Shown here piece by piece: positions 13,511-25,939 of a stretch of DNA of 64,000 nt (its first letter is position 1; every line of letters begins with the position of its first letter). A model generated the notes under the pieces. The model was given only the letters and a program-made list of their open reading frames with translations. It had not been told where the DNA came from and did no database searches. Position numbers and translations under genes: made by a program. The stretch is from contig JALDTO010000235.1 of assembly GCA_023515725.1 (NCBI GenBank), forward strand, positions 418,371 to 482,370, read 5' to 3'. Source of the stretch: Amoeboaphelidium protococcarum X5. Lineage: Eukaryota; Fungi; Aphelidiomycota.

Positions 13511-14177
13511 GAAGCTAATATGATTTTGGTATATATGATAGTAAGTTCTACTTATTAATAATTTAAACATTTACTGATTAATAATAGAAACTACTTCTTA
13601 TCACTATTTTGATGGGGTATGTTGAAATCATACATTCAGATACACTCCATGAGCGCTTTTCAAGTCTTTATAGTAGTTAAAGTCCACAGAATGAGGACTG
13701 TAACAATACAGCAAGTAAAGTTAACTGGATAGCAATTAAAATAGCTCATGTTTCAACATTAAAGTGGATTTAATATTTGATCACCGTGTACCAAGGCGCA
13801 AACAATGATTATTGTTGTCTTTGATTAAAGTGATACTGACTAGATTTGTGCACCATGGGGCTGGGACATGGAATATAAAATACAGAAATCGCGTCCACCA
13901 CCATCAGCTCTCATCGTCACTGATGGATGATCATGATGATCAAACATTTCAACGATCGCATCTGCGCCACATAAACAATGATGGCGTCAAAACAGTGTAA
14001 AACTGCAAACTGCGCCATTATATGATCAGATGACCCAACATTTAAAAGCGGCCGTTCCCACACGCCCGAATAACGACGTTGTCATAAAGCAGCTGCGCCT
14101 CACTGTTCAAGTTCTTTTTCACTTTCATTATTAATAACATACTACTGGGAAGTATTCATTTAAGATTTGAAGAAGTT

Positions 14178-15266
14178 ATGCGCGCAGTATTTTTATTTGC
14201 ACTTGTTCCGTTGATTGCCGCACTTGGTGATTAACGCGTTCAGCTGGATATCTTGGAGGGTGGTACCGCTGCTAAATTGAAAATTGACCTTCGTGCTGAT
14301 AATCCATGCACACAAGCACTAAAGTCTATCAGCTACAAGGTTAACCAGTTCGATGTCTAGACTGAGTCGCGCAAAGTGATCAAGAAGATGCCGTGGTATA
14401 GAAGAAATCGTAAGGAAATCTAGTTTGTCGATCATCCTCACCTGGATCTGGAAATCAAGGCTGATATCAAATACTCTGCAAGCTGCGGTTTTGTTAATAT
14501 CTGGACTACTGTAAAGCCGGCTGTGGTTCGTCTCCATTACTCTGAGGAGGAGTAGTAGTTGAAGTACTCTTTCACTAATCTTGGTCATGGCGAGTCATTC
14601 AGTCCTGCCAATTAGCTGGACATTAGCAGCGATTAGATGGCCAAGATCATCCAAGGTCATAGTCCAACGTTGTTCTTTGATAGATCTAGAGCAGAGATCG
14701 TTCTGTACTTTGGTGACTATCTGGAGTAAAAGTAGATTTCTGATTAGGTAGACGCGGCATTAGAAGAGCCACTGAACAATAGAGCTGTGTCTTAGATTGG
14801 TACTGAGGGTGCCAACTCTATGTATAATTTGCAATCAGAGTTGCCGGAATTCGTTAATGATGAAGGACTGGATCTGACTTTTGATAACCTGCAATCTCTG
14901 AATGGAAACGCTGCACCTGCTGCTTCCTATGCTGCATCAGTTTCCCAAATTGGTGGAAATCAAGGTGAGATGGAGCTTGCCAGCCAGTACAGTGAAGCAC
15001 AGGGATCTGCATTGGCCGATGACGCAGAGAGCGTAGATACAGCATAATATAATGCTTAGCCAGAGGTTCCATAGCGCGTTCCTTACTACGGCAGATTGTA
15101 CAACAAAGGTTTGTAGCGTATGCAGAGCTTCCGTCAGAGATATTCTAGAGGAAGAGGTTCTTCTGGATTCGGTTCTGAAGCTCTGCCTCCGGTAGAAGAA
15201 TCTCCGCTGTTAGATCCAGTACCTTAGGGGGAGACTGATGGCTTTGGTTCAGACTACGTCAATTGA
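14178..15266 (+). CDS. Hypothetical secreted protein (362 aa) with acidic low-complexity C-terminal half
   Basis: Signal peptide MRAVFLFALVPLIAALG. Continuous table-6 frame with coding-like codon bias. TGA 15264-15266. Confidence 0.8.
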
Positions 15267-15409
15267 GAGTGACTCCTGGTAAACAGATTGTACTGGTTAT
15301 GAAGCCGATAGTAATAATTATATAATAAAGTAATGCTACATCAACTTGAAACTTTCTAAGTTATCCAAATTTATTAGCGTCTACAGTATAAAAGTTTTTA
15401 TTGTTTGAT

Positions 15410-16339
15410 TCATTTATTAGTACTACGCGGGACTACAAACTACACTAAATCACCATCGTCTGACACTTGAATCTTGTTCAATTTCAAAAATTCTAAAACT
15501 TGACTTTTATCGACACCATATCCTTTTAAAAACGCAAGTAAATCATCCATTTAAAGCCTTACGAACGCCCTCCGAAAGCACAAAACTTGTCGCTACCACA
15601 ACTTGTTACGCATTTAGTATTGGACATATTACCGTGTCAAAGGATTCAAATTGTCTAGATTTGCAGCAATTTATACAACGTTAAATTCTCTTAAAGCAAT
15701 ATATAATTCGATACAGTTCATAATACACTAATTAATCTCGGTATCCATTTTCTATGAGCTAGAATTCTATAGTTGAGGAGCATAGCTTTAATGATAGGAT
15801 GATATGAATGTCAAGGGAGCGGAATTCAGTAGATTATTGCAAATCTAGTTGGATGCGTTAAGTTCCCATACACATGACCAATCCAACACTTTTACTTGAC
15901 TAAATTAAGTAGCAGCGTCATTAACACTAAGGGCGCTAAAAGATAATTATTAAGTACTCTCTGACTATTTTTACTATCGCCTGACTAATTCATTATCTAG
16001 AAGAGGACCAACCAGATGGGAGAGACATTTAAAAAGTTCCGCCTCAATCAGATGCGCATCCTGACGACTTTCCTCCATTTACAGAGCCTCGATGCAACTC
16101 TGCACACTGACACTATACACTTACATATGAAACTAATAATGACCAATTCCACGACGAAGACACTTTGCTGCAGTAGCCAATAGAGCTTCACGCAACTTTC
16201 GAAGTCTTGGAATATTCTAAAGCGGTTTTAATTTACTACTACTACTCACAATCTATTCAAAATACTCATACTAATAACTCTCCTACAACAACTATGAATT
16301 CTCAGACTTGCTCACACTCAGAGGTTCCATCTAATTCAT
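15410..16339 (-). CDS. SAC3/PCI-like (CSN8/PSMD8/eIF3K-type) protein, about 309 aa; may have an additional 5' exon
   Basis: LRKLREALLA..FHMQVY and C-terminal CFRRAFVRL..DLLAFL resemble fungal SAC3/PCI-type proteins. A TGTAG lies just upstream of the ATG. Confidence 0.6.
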
Positions 16340-16488
16340 TCTACAATATAAATGCACAGTTATATAATCTTAGTCTATTATCAATATATCAAACTATTTG
16401 GTTCCTATACAACCAAAGACGGAGCAAGATGATCAAAGAGGAAAAGAAATCTTGATCTTCGTTCTCAAAGTCATAAACTGTAATTTCA

Positions 16489-17223
16489 ATGACAATTGTT
16501 TTGGAATTTAAAGTTGTAGCGTTGGCTCTAATCTTTGGATTAATAGTAATCGGATGTATTGGTGTATATGTAGTGGGCATATATAAATTTGCTTAGAGAA
16601 GGCGAAAGTCCAATTCTCGTCGATAATAATGTATAATGGTGACACTGGGAAGTGGCGGACACACGGCAGAGATGTTGGACATTGTACGATCGTTGATTAC
16701 CACTACGAATAATGATGATAATAATATTGATGATGATAAAGACTCAAAAGGTTTTAGTAATAGCTTTCGATAAGCGTAAAGAGTCTATGTTCATGGAAAA
16801 TCTGATCTGATTAGTCCTTTAAAAATTTAATAAATGGATAGCGATGCTGGCAAAGTATTCAGCGTCACTCGGTTCAGAAATGTTGGTCAGTCATTAATGA
16901 GCTCTTTATTGTTAAATATTGCATTGCTATTACGCGCGATTATAGAGTCAATGAGTATTGTCTTGAGTTGCAATCCTTAAATAGTTTTATGCAATGGTCC
17001 TGCTATCTGTGTTCCAATCTGCATATTCGCCAAACTGTTTTGCAGATCTAGAATTGTATATGTTGAATCTTTTGCTCGAGTGTAAAGCCTATCTTTAACA
17101 GGCTAAATCCTATATCAATTGCATATGGTGGATTCATTCATCGTATAATGGGAAGATTTGGTACTTTGGTATCCTAATGCAATCTATATTCCTAATCTCA
17201 TCATCAAGATTTAGCATTAGTGA
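16489..17223 (+). CDS. ALG14: UDP-GlcNAc transferase subunit Alg14
   Basis: N-terminal TM segment, LGSGGHTAEM, LCNGPAICVP, YVESFARV..SLTG, FIVQW. Confidence 0.95.
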
Positions 17224-18595
17224 TTGCTTATTACCTTTTGTATAATGCACATTGTAAATCATCGATAAGTATGCCTTCTTCGTTCTCTTACGTCTTTATC
17301 TAAAATATTGGATTGTATAATGCAACATTACCATCTTAAACATCTTGTACATGATTGAGTATACGACATTTAAACACAAGTGTGCAACTTTAACCAGCTG
17401 ACAACTTTGCAATCTCGCCATTGTGCAAACGATCAAAAGAAATTACATTAGATGCCATCTGCTCACTCCATTGCAGTAGAAATTCGGGCGTATCTATCCA
17501 AACATCCATCGCATTTCGCCCATTGTTTGAAAGAGATGAGCCATGGAATTCACTTCCATCATCAAGTATCTACACCGACATATACGTAATCTCATCACTA
17601 GTACAATTTGTAACAACAAGTTCTATTGAAAAGTATCCATCAGAGTCGACAATGACACGATTACTTGACAAGCAGACTTTTAAGCTGGTAACATGATCAA
17701 TTTCAGAAGACTATATGGATGTAGAGGAGAGAATAGAATTCAGATCTTTTACGGGAGTGATATCTACCAGCTCGTTATTGCCAAACCGTACAGTATAGTA
17801 ACTGACTATGTCAACATCTAAACGAGAATCAACTCGCAGGCAAACTACTTGTTCATTATTCGACAATACATTTCTAAATAACAAAGACCAGCTCTCTCTA
17901 GCATCCAGTTGAAGTAATTACTAATTGTCACTCTTGCAACTACCGGAGCAAGTAATCACCTAGACGTTCAGTAATTGTAAAGCGAAGAATGCATCAAGTT
18001 AAACAATCAAATGTGACGTTCCAACTCTATGACATTGGATTGCATATGGTCTACATACTTTAACTTGCAACGAAAGAGATCTTCTAACGGAGGGATTTTC
18101 CAAATGACTGACAAATCTTTAATTGTTTTTTAACTATACCGACTTGGGCTTTAATAATATCTGCACTAGAATCTTGGTATTAAATTCATTTGTTATGGAT
18201 TCATCATCTAATACGTCAATGCAATGACCAAATTTAACTTTCAAAGGCACTTTAATTATCAATCCAATCTCAATCGAAGCTGCTTTATTATCTGCACTAT
18301 TTACCCAGAAAGTGACTCCAATGCGAGGACTATCAGATCCTTGATACCAACTCAAATTGAAATCTACATCTTCACCAATAACAGTAGAAACTTTAATCTC
18401 GAGTCTATCTACAATCCCCGCGAGTATCTATTCATTAGTATACGCCTGAGGTAACATTTTTATTCCATCACCAGTATCAATTGTGAGTATAGCATCCACA
18501 TGTTAGCCTTCCAATATCAACCCAGACGTTTGCGCATTTTGAAGATCAAGGTCCAACTTGCATGCAGACAAGAATTGCTCTTCTTTCGTTGGCAT
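17204..18595 (-). CDS. Putative TRAPP II subunit Trs65/TRAPPC14-like beta-rich protein (463 aa)
   Basis: Continuous table-6 ORF. C-terminal FSIELVVTN..S and KLSAGQSCTLVF resemble the Trs65 C-terminal Ig-like domain. Overlaps the ALG14 3' end by 20 nt. Confidence 0.5.
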
Positions 18596-18969
18596 CTTTA
18601 CTTATCACTGAGTTTATTATTTCTTTATTATCTCTTTACAAACTGAAATATAGTTGAAGTTCTACTAAAGGTGACAGAAGAGTAAGAGAGAGAGAGAGAA
18701 CATAAAGATGAAACGAAACGATGGAATATAGCATTTTGTGGCGGGTGCAACGAGACTACTTTACTTCCATTCCCTATGGTCGATTCACTTTGTAGTCTTC
18801 AGCGGACTTGACACGCGTGACTTAACGACAACTTTAACTTCATCGTCTGCTTTTTACTCCCGAATCATTATGTTTACCATCTGTGTTATATTAAAGAGTA
18901 CTTGAAACGGACTGAAAACCGCGCTTTGATATCAATCACATTATTAAATTTTATTACTGTACATCAATC

Positions 18970-20690
18970 ATAATGCATACCTATCTTTTAAATCACCGGC
19001 TTCCTAGTATGCATGAGTGACAATCTTGACGTTTTCATAACCCAGTGTGTCACTCACGAACTTCTCCAACAAACAACGCTCAGTTTGAGCCATTGTCTGT
19101 GGAACGGGAATGGCAAACTCACCAGGCATTGGCTGCAACGCCGGCTGGTGAATACCTTGGGACAATAGTGCATACATGTGTGCAACCTCTCGCTCAATAT
19201 CCAAATCCGTCGATTCCTTTGATGGGAAACACGTAATGTCTAACGTGTATGCAGGATCACAGCGATTATGTCCATGATCCAGACACAGACCAAAACAGCT
19301 TCCGCAGACTTCAGCACCATATCTGCCCAGCCGTTCACGCAACTCAAGCTCAGCACCGTTCTGACTATGAATTTAAGTGGTAATTACGTAACTACTTCTC
19401 ATCAATACCGGCTTTACTTGACCAACAGAGCGAGGCATGGCTACAGCATAGGATGGACAAGCAGGCCTTTTCTAGGCGTACTACGTCTAAGGAGGAGTCA
19501 ACAGAGGTAGATTGAGCAGCGGCTAGAGCGCTCAAAGATTCAGAGATATCCAATTGAACAGGGAGGGACACCGGCATCGGAAGCCCTTATTAAATCACCT
19601 ACCAGATCCAGCTATGTCAGTTCTTCCGCTGAATAACACAGATTTACGATTACAGCAAGAGCAGGCTCAGTCAGCTTCTCACTTTAGGCAATGCATCGTG
19701 AAAAGTAATGGTCATTTTCTTCAAGCAAGGTACAAGGCACTTCCTAGACACCAAGAGAACGACGGAGCAAATGCTGAATGCAAAGGCTGCTAGACAGCAA
19801 GTCCGTCATTTCTCTTATCCCCCAACCGATTGCCATCATTAAGCTTCTCTATACGCGCAGTCTGGTCAGGGCTGTATATCAGTATACATTCGCCGCTTTG
19901 ACCACCAATTTCACGGCCGACCCTCCCAGATTGCTAGATGAAGCTAAAGACTGTCTTTGTGAGCACCATACATTAAGACAGTCTGAAGCCCAGTAACATC
20001 GACGCCTTGCCCAAATGCACCAGTGCATACCATGACACCATCTGAACAGTCAGCAAACCAGTCCACCAGATCTTCATTCTCATCAGCGTCCAACTTACCA
20101 TGGAAAGCTTTGAACTCACGTTCACCCCAGGCAGCGATGCAGCAAGAAGCTCCACCAGGCGTGTGCAGTCTTCGATGAACAGGCAGAATATCAGCATTTT
20201 CCAACTACGCGACCTTACCAAATCCACCAGCTCCTTATCTAGACCATCAGAGGATATTTACCTGATTGTAAAGGCAATATTACCACGCACCATCTAATGG
20301 CTCCTGAAAAATTACAGGCGCGTCTAAAATTACCACTGAAGAACATCCAGCATTGCCTTGTTGACAGAACCAGACAGCAACGCCAACTAGCATGGATTCG
20401 TTCTCAACTTTTGCATTTCAAGCATTACAGGATGGTATTCCGCAGCCAGCACCGATTCTTAGGCCTCGTCTACCACAATCCTCTTCAATAAACCAAGCAA
20501 AGCATCTAGAGCGTGCCAATATTGGACAGACACCTTGTATCCAATGCAGAGTCAGTAGACACCAACTTCAGACCAGGAGTCATTGTCCAGCCAAGGTAAA
20601 CTTAGACAGGTGCACCATGGCGACCCAATTTCGTAGACAAAGCGATAAGCAAAGCGGGAACTGGCACAACAAATATAATCAGCACAGCAT
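18970..20690 (-). pseudogene. Frameshifted RecQ-like (telomere-linked helicase/TLH-type) SF2 helicase relic, probably mobile-element derived
   Basis: Motif Ia IFVVPVPAL, II RIVVDEAQ (20459-20482), IV MLIFC, FHGKLD, V VCTGAFGQGVD, VI QQSGRVGR (19913-19936), then Cys-rich segments. Several frameshifts and TGA stops. No Walker A. Confidence 0.8.
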
Positions 20691-21150
20691 TTTTCAAAGA
20701 GGTATTAGATTCCTGCGCGAGGAAATCATTCCACTTTTCGTGGCGGCACTTACTCTTTTGCGCCTTTCGATTAAATCCAAGCTTAGCTTCCACTTTCTCT
20801 ACACATGGACAAACACCAGTCAAAATTTTGAGATTACTATGAAGAATACATAAACTTACCAATCAATGAACGAGAATGCAACTGGCCTTTAATAAACAAA
20901 TTCTCGGCTCCAACGACGCTTTTTCTTTCTCAAGGAACTACAATTATATTTACGACACTTTGCAAAGCTTTCTCCATTTCCATCACTTACAAATCCTTTT
21001 CTTTCTACGCAGCTATCAAATCCTTCTCATTTAGAGCAGCTAGTAAATAGATCCTTTCTCATCTGAACTATACGGTTACAATAATCGAGATATTTAAGCT
21101 ATGGAAACTAATCAAGTAAACCAAATATATCAGTAAACTTAAAGTCCGGA
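20691..21150 (-). pseudogene. Degenerate coiled-coil gene fragment (EKDL repeats, LKGQLHSRSLIE) with a spliceosomal intron (20799-20859), joined in frame to the helicase relic
   Basis: Frameshifted coding-like pieces. GTAAGT..TGTAG intron restores RSLIE|KVEAKL. Confidence 0.5.
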
Positions 21151-21834
21151 AACTATCAAATCACAATAAGTAAACTTAATGTGAATCACCCTGAACTCTT
21201 CTAAACGAGATCTTCTACGATACGCGTTTTATCATTAGTTACGCTAGAATGTATCACAACACGGACTGGAGATGTTGAAACCCTCAGAGTTTTTCGAACG
21301 GTTGCAATTGGTTACACCAGCTTGCGTGAGGAGACTAGCATCTTTGATTTGTTGACCATAGAGATTGCCGATAGGAAACAGAGATGAGGAAACGGTGAAG
21401 CGCGCACTGATGATAATCCTCAAACCGTGAGCACACATGTTATCGGGTTGTTTCCCTGTCTTCCAAACTTCAGTACAAATAGTAATCGATCGAAACTAAT
21501 TTGTCTTGAAAACCCATCACTATTGTTTGGAAGTACTTTTATGTCGTTTCATTCATTACCCATTCACAAAATTATCCTTCTCCGTTTTAAGAAGCGTGGA
21601 CTGACTGACTTTTCAGTGAAAGAGTGAATGAACGCGAGTGTGTGTGCGTGTGTGTGTCAGACCTTGAAATAGAAAAGATCTGACTTTGGTAGGAATGAAA
21701 CGCGAGTGTTAGAGAGAGAGCCGTTCTTCAAATCTCTCCTTATTCGTATTACAGTTCACGCATTCAGCAGCTTTATAACGACTGTCGTGCGGTGAACCCT
21801 ATAACAAAATAACATTAGATAGATCAAATATAAA

Positions 21835-24282
21835 ATGCCACCATAAGAACCTGTGAACAAAAAGTTTTGCGAGTTTTTGAATGAATTGAAACAGACTGCA
21901 GATTAGAATGGTTAAAAGAACTACTACTTTGCACTTAATAAAGCTTATAATAATCTCAAGTCTACTCCCAATGCATTATCACCTTATTAACTAGTATCAG
22001 TGTCGGGGATTGGTCCCAATATCCAGACCAAGATTATTGCAATGACTAACAAATTTCTCTCTGATGGGCGAAAGTAAGTGCACGATTTGTATCGCAGAGA
22101 TGTGTAAAATGTTCCACCGTATGATCCATCCGGATAAGATACCTCTGGCAGTAGTTAAGGAAGTTCTGAGAATTTATCGCTGTCTGTGGCTTAGACGAAG
22201 CAAAAGAAGACTACTAGGAAGAGAGGTTAAAAGAGCTCCGATATACTGAACGAGCTCGAAGATGCCACTGCTGGTCACAGTTTCGGTGCTTCTGCATCTC
22301 AAGTGTCTTTGTAATCTCAATCCCAGTCACAATCTACTTCTAGAACTACTAAGCGACCAAAGACGGCATCCTCTTATGCGCCACGTTATAAGAGTGGAGG
22401 ATACGCGATTCTGATGGCTCTTCATCAGAGAAAGTAACAAATTGACTCTGGCCAATCTCAGGGTCTCTCTTATCAGATGGGCAAGACGGAGCTATGTTAA
22501 CAGGCTCAACCATTTTGTGATGCGTCGTTTACATCTTCAAGTACCAGCAATTTCGGTGGTGGCGGTGGTGGAAGTTAGCATTACACTGCTTGGAACTCTG
22601 TAAATACGCTGATAGATAAAGGCTTAGTTATCAAGATGAGTAATCCGCCTAAATATTCATTAAGTCTTTAAGGTGAGGATGTCGCCTCCCAGCTTTGGCT
22701 TAAATCCTAGACATTCAAGGATAACATTCTCCCATAATCAGATGTTGGTCATCGATCTAAGCAAGCATCCGTATCCTCGATGAGTGCTCCGGCTAATAAG
22801 AATGGTCGGCCTAGTATCATTCAGTTTCAGTATTGGTATCTTAATGAGATGAATAGGCGAGTCATGTCAAGGTAGTAGGCCAAGTGTGACAGTAATGGGT
22901 CTTATTTGATTGAATATCATTCGTCATAATCTCATCATCCATTTGTTGTTAATATTTAAAAAGTCACTCTGATTCCTGATGCTGCGGGGTTGTTGGTGGG
23001 ATATTTAGCGTCTAATTTATGCATGTAAGAGTGTCCTGGTCTAGAAGTTGGTAGTAGTTCTTTTGGTGCATAGTAAACTCCATCGTTTAAAAAGTCGGCG
23101 ACTAGCTCAAAAGAGTAATAATAGTAACTATCATCTTCTAAGCCTCTGTTTAATACTGGTAGCGACTCTTTTAAATCTCCTCTAAATAGTAATAACTTCC
23201 AAGGCACTCCGTCTTTAAATGGCAAGCAGTAAGTCATCAGTACTGTAGAGAAAGTGGCGAATCAATAAGGTATACGACTATCTAATATTGGTCTTGAAAA
23301 ATAGCCGCTGGTTTCTCGAGAAGCCAACTATCAACTATGGCCTCAACCGATTGAAAAAGATCCTCTACCTATTTCATGGACTGGTCCACCTCTAAGGCTT
23401 CCAGCTGGTTCGTATGATATCGTGATGCTGATCGATAATCGAGAGGTGAAGTCGTAGGGTGAGCGCAACTTCTTCATTGAAGAGCTGTAGAAGAAGGTGA
23501 AGAATGTTCAAACTAGATAGCTGGAGCTGGGAGATATTGCTTGGATCGCACGGTCAAAAAGTCAGAGCTCAAATGGATGCCAATATGAAGTGTCTCTAGA
23601 CTTTTTGATTGAACGCAAGCGTTTGGATGATCTAGTGAGTTCTATTAAAGATGGACGCTTCTTCGAGTAAAAGTCGCGACTTAGAAAGTCCTCATTAAAA
23701 CATTTATGGTACGTGGTAGAAGAGTATAATGTGCACACTGTGAATGATTTTGGCCGGTTACCACTCAGATGTGCCATGGTAGAGACGAGTTTATTGCATG
23801 GAATCTCTTGTAAGCGTACAATATCTATTGAAGACACTTGTTACTTTCTGGTGTAGATGCACAATATGGTATGTAAATTGTATTCCAAACAGGATATCTA
23901 TGTAATACCTCCAAACTTGGTAACATCCGAGACTTTTAATCAATTCAAGGCTCAATGTGAGCGGAGAGATCGACGTCCTTACCATCTAACATTTAATGAA
24001 TTCTCAGAACTTAATAGCAAGTCCAAGACTAATACACTCAGAGATTTGTGGTTTAAACAGTTGATGACTGTGAGAGGACTCAGTGTTGACAAGGCGTCGT
24101 ATTTGATCAGTAAATATCCCACCTTGAGATCATTTACTGATGCTCTGGATTCACTGCCAGATAATCAGACAAGGATTGATCATATCAAACGTTAGAATAG
24201 TCCCATACCCCGAAGAGCTTTAAATGATGCAACTATTCGCAAACTTGTTTCCTTGTTCTATGATGAAAGCTACTAAATATGA
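21835..24282 (+). CDS. MUS81: Structure-specific endonuclease Mus81 (815 aa)
   Basis: N-terminal HhH (SGIGP), winged helix [23 protein letters not shown]4 nuclease [24 protein letters not shown]-terminal HhH LMTVRGLS. Confidence 0.96.
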
Positions 24283-24389
24283 ATAATACAAGTAAAATGG
24301 AAATATATATTCAAGAAATGAAGGTTTTATTACTCAAGATTTGATGACGAACACATAGTAGAAATGCATCCATCAATTAATCGGATAGA

Positions 24390-25634
24390 TCATACAAACT
24401 TCTTGTATGAATGAGTCTCCACCATCTTCTATTGATATTTTCTCTTGCGCATAACTGGCAGACGCGTCTCGATGATATTCCTCTACTACAGGCGATTAAA
24501 TCTCTCCTTGAGAGGATTACTTTCTGGTGTCAGTTCTCTCAACGATCCCGGCAACTCCTCAGTCAGCTTGATAGCAATAGGCAGAGGCTCAAAGTTGTAT
24601 TTGGATAATTGCTTAGTCTCATACAGACTCTAGAACTTTTACAACTTTAGCTTATTAATTGCCAATTATGTTCGCTCCTACTCTGTCTAATCCACCTGAT
24701 TCTAAAGATTCTCAATAGTCTCGATTGCCTTAACGATAGCTTTCAAGCGACGATTTCTGGCATGTTACAGCTCAGTCTACTTGATTCTTTTCTCCTTATT
24801 ACGCTGCACTGGCGTCTTTGCAATAGGCACTCCACTCTTTCTAAAGCTTAGCTGAGCATTGGTCTCACCACTGTCTACATCGTTATCATCTGCAGACGCG
24901 TCTTCTTCCTCATCCTCAGATCCCAAATCAATGTCCATCGTAAACGCAGAATCAATCTTTTAAGCTCTCAAGATGGCATTAACATCTGGTAATAGATCCT
25001 GCAGATTTTCTTTCTAACTGATCTTCTGCAACTCCAACTAATACGCTTCCATCAATAGTTTCTGATGATCTTCCGTTGATGGATTATAAGACTCTCCTGG
25101 ATAAACGTGTTTAATGGCAGGAGTCTTTGCACTTTATATAGGATCACTCAACTTTCTACTAAACGCGTTATCTTAAGGGTTAATTACTCCAGAGCTCTCA
25201 ACCACCTCATCATTTGCCCAAATATCACCCAACTCGTCGCCTTTTGATTTTGAAGCAGAATCTGCTGCTGGTTGTTTTTAGTCCAGCTTTTTCTTAATCT
25301 TTTTCAATTGAGCCACGGTGTTCTTTGACAATTTTCTACCACTGCTACTACTACTACTACCAGGAGCAATGCTATTACTATTCTTACTGCGAATAGCAGG
25401 TACGGCGGATCGCTCAGCCAGAATCTCATCCACACGGCGACGTTTCTTGATCTTTTGACTGATTTTCTAATCAGCTGTCACGTCGATAGTAAACAGTTGA
25501 TCATCCGCCTTCAAAGCAACAGGCCCACCAGTCATTTCATTTTTACGCTCCTACTCCAGCTACTCTTCCTCAGGAGATATATCAATATTCTTACGCCATT
25601 CTTTCGTTCCCTTTCTACCCATAGCTTTAACCAT
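24390..25634 (-). CDS. NOP53: Ribosome biogenesis factor Nop53 (414 aa)
   Basis: RKGTKEWRKNIDIS, LFTID, HPGESYNP-like (VYPGESYNP), C-terminal ETHSYKKFV-TGA. Confidence 0.9.
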
Positions 25635-25939
25635 TTTCTACTGATTTTCGCTCCGTTTTGTTCAAGTTTGAATTGAAGAAAATGAGAAAATGCAAAACTC
25701 GCAATCAGAGTCAGTACCTTGGAGAACATTATAGATTAAAAAATTACAATCTAGACAAGATAAACAGAATTGTATACAATAAATAGATTACCGAAATCTA
25801 CTAATACACTTACACGGTTCATTCAATTTTATTCTTGCCAGCAGTTGATTATTTAAAGTCAGCGATACCTGGACACTTACTTACAAATAGAATGTATAAA
25901 AAAGTGTCCAAGTCTATACAGTTATACCAAACAACTCAA

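Noticed and set aside
13511-14040. Possible spliced continuation of the 12989 gene (GTAAGT at ~13541, GTATGT at ~13617)
   Set aside because: It requires a frameshift, the candidate acceptors are not TGTAG, and downstream frames hit TGA. A decayed 3' part cannot be excluded.
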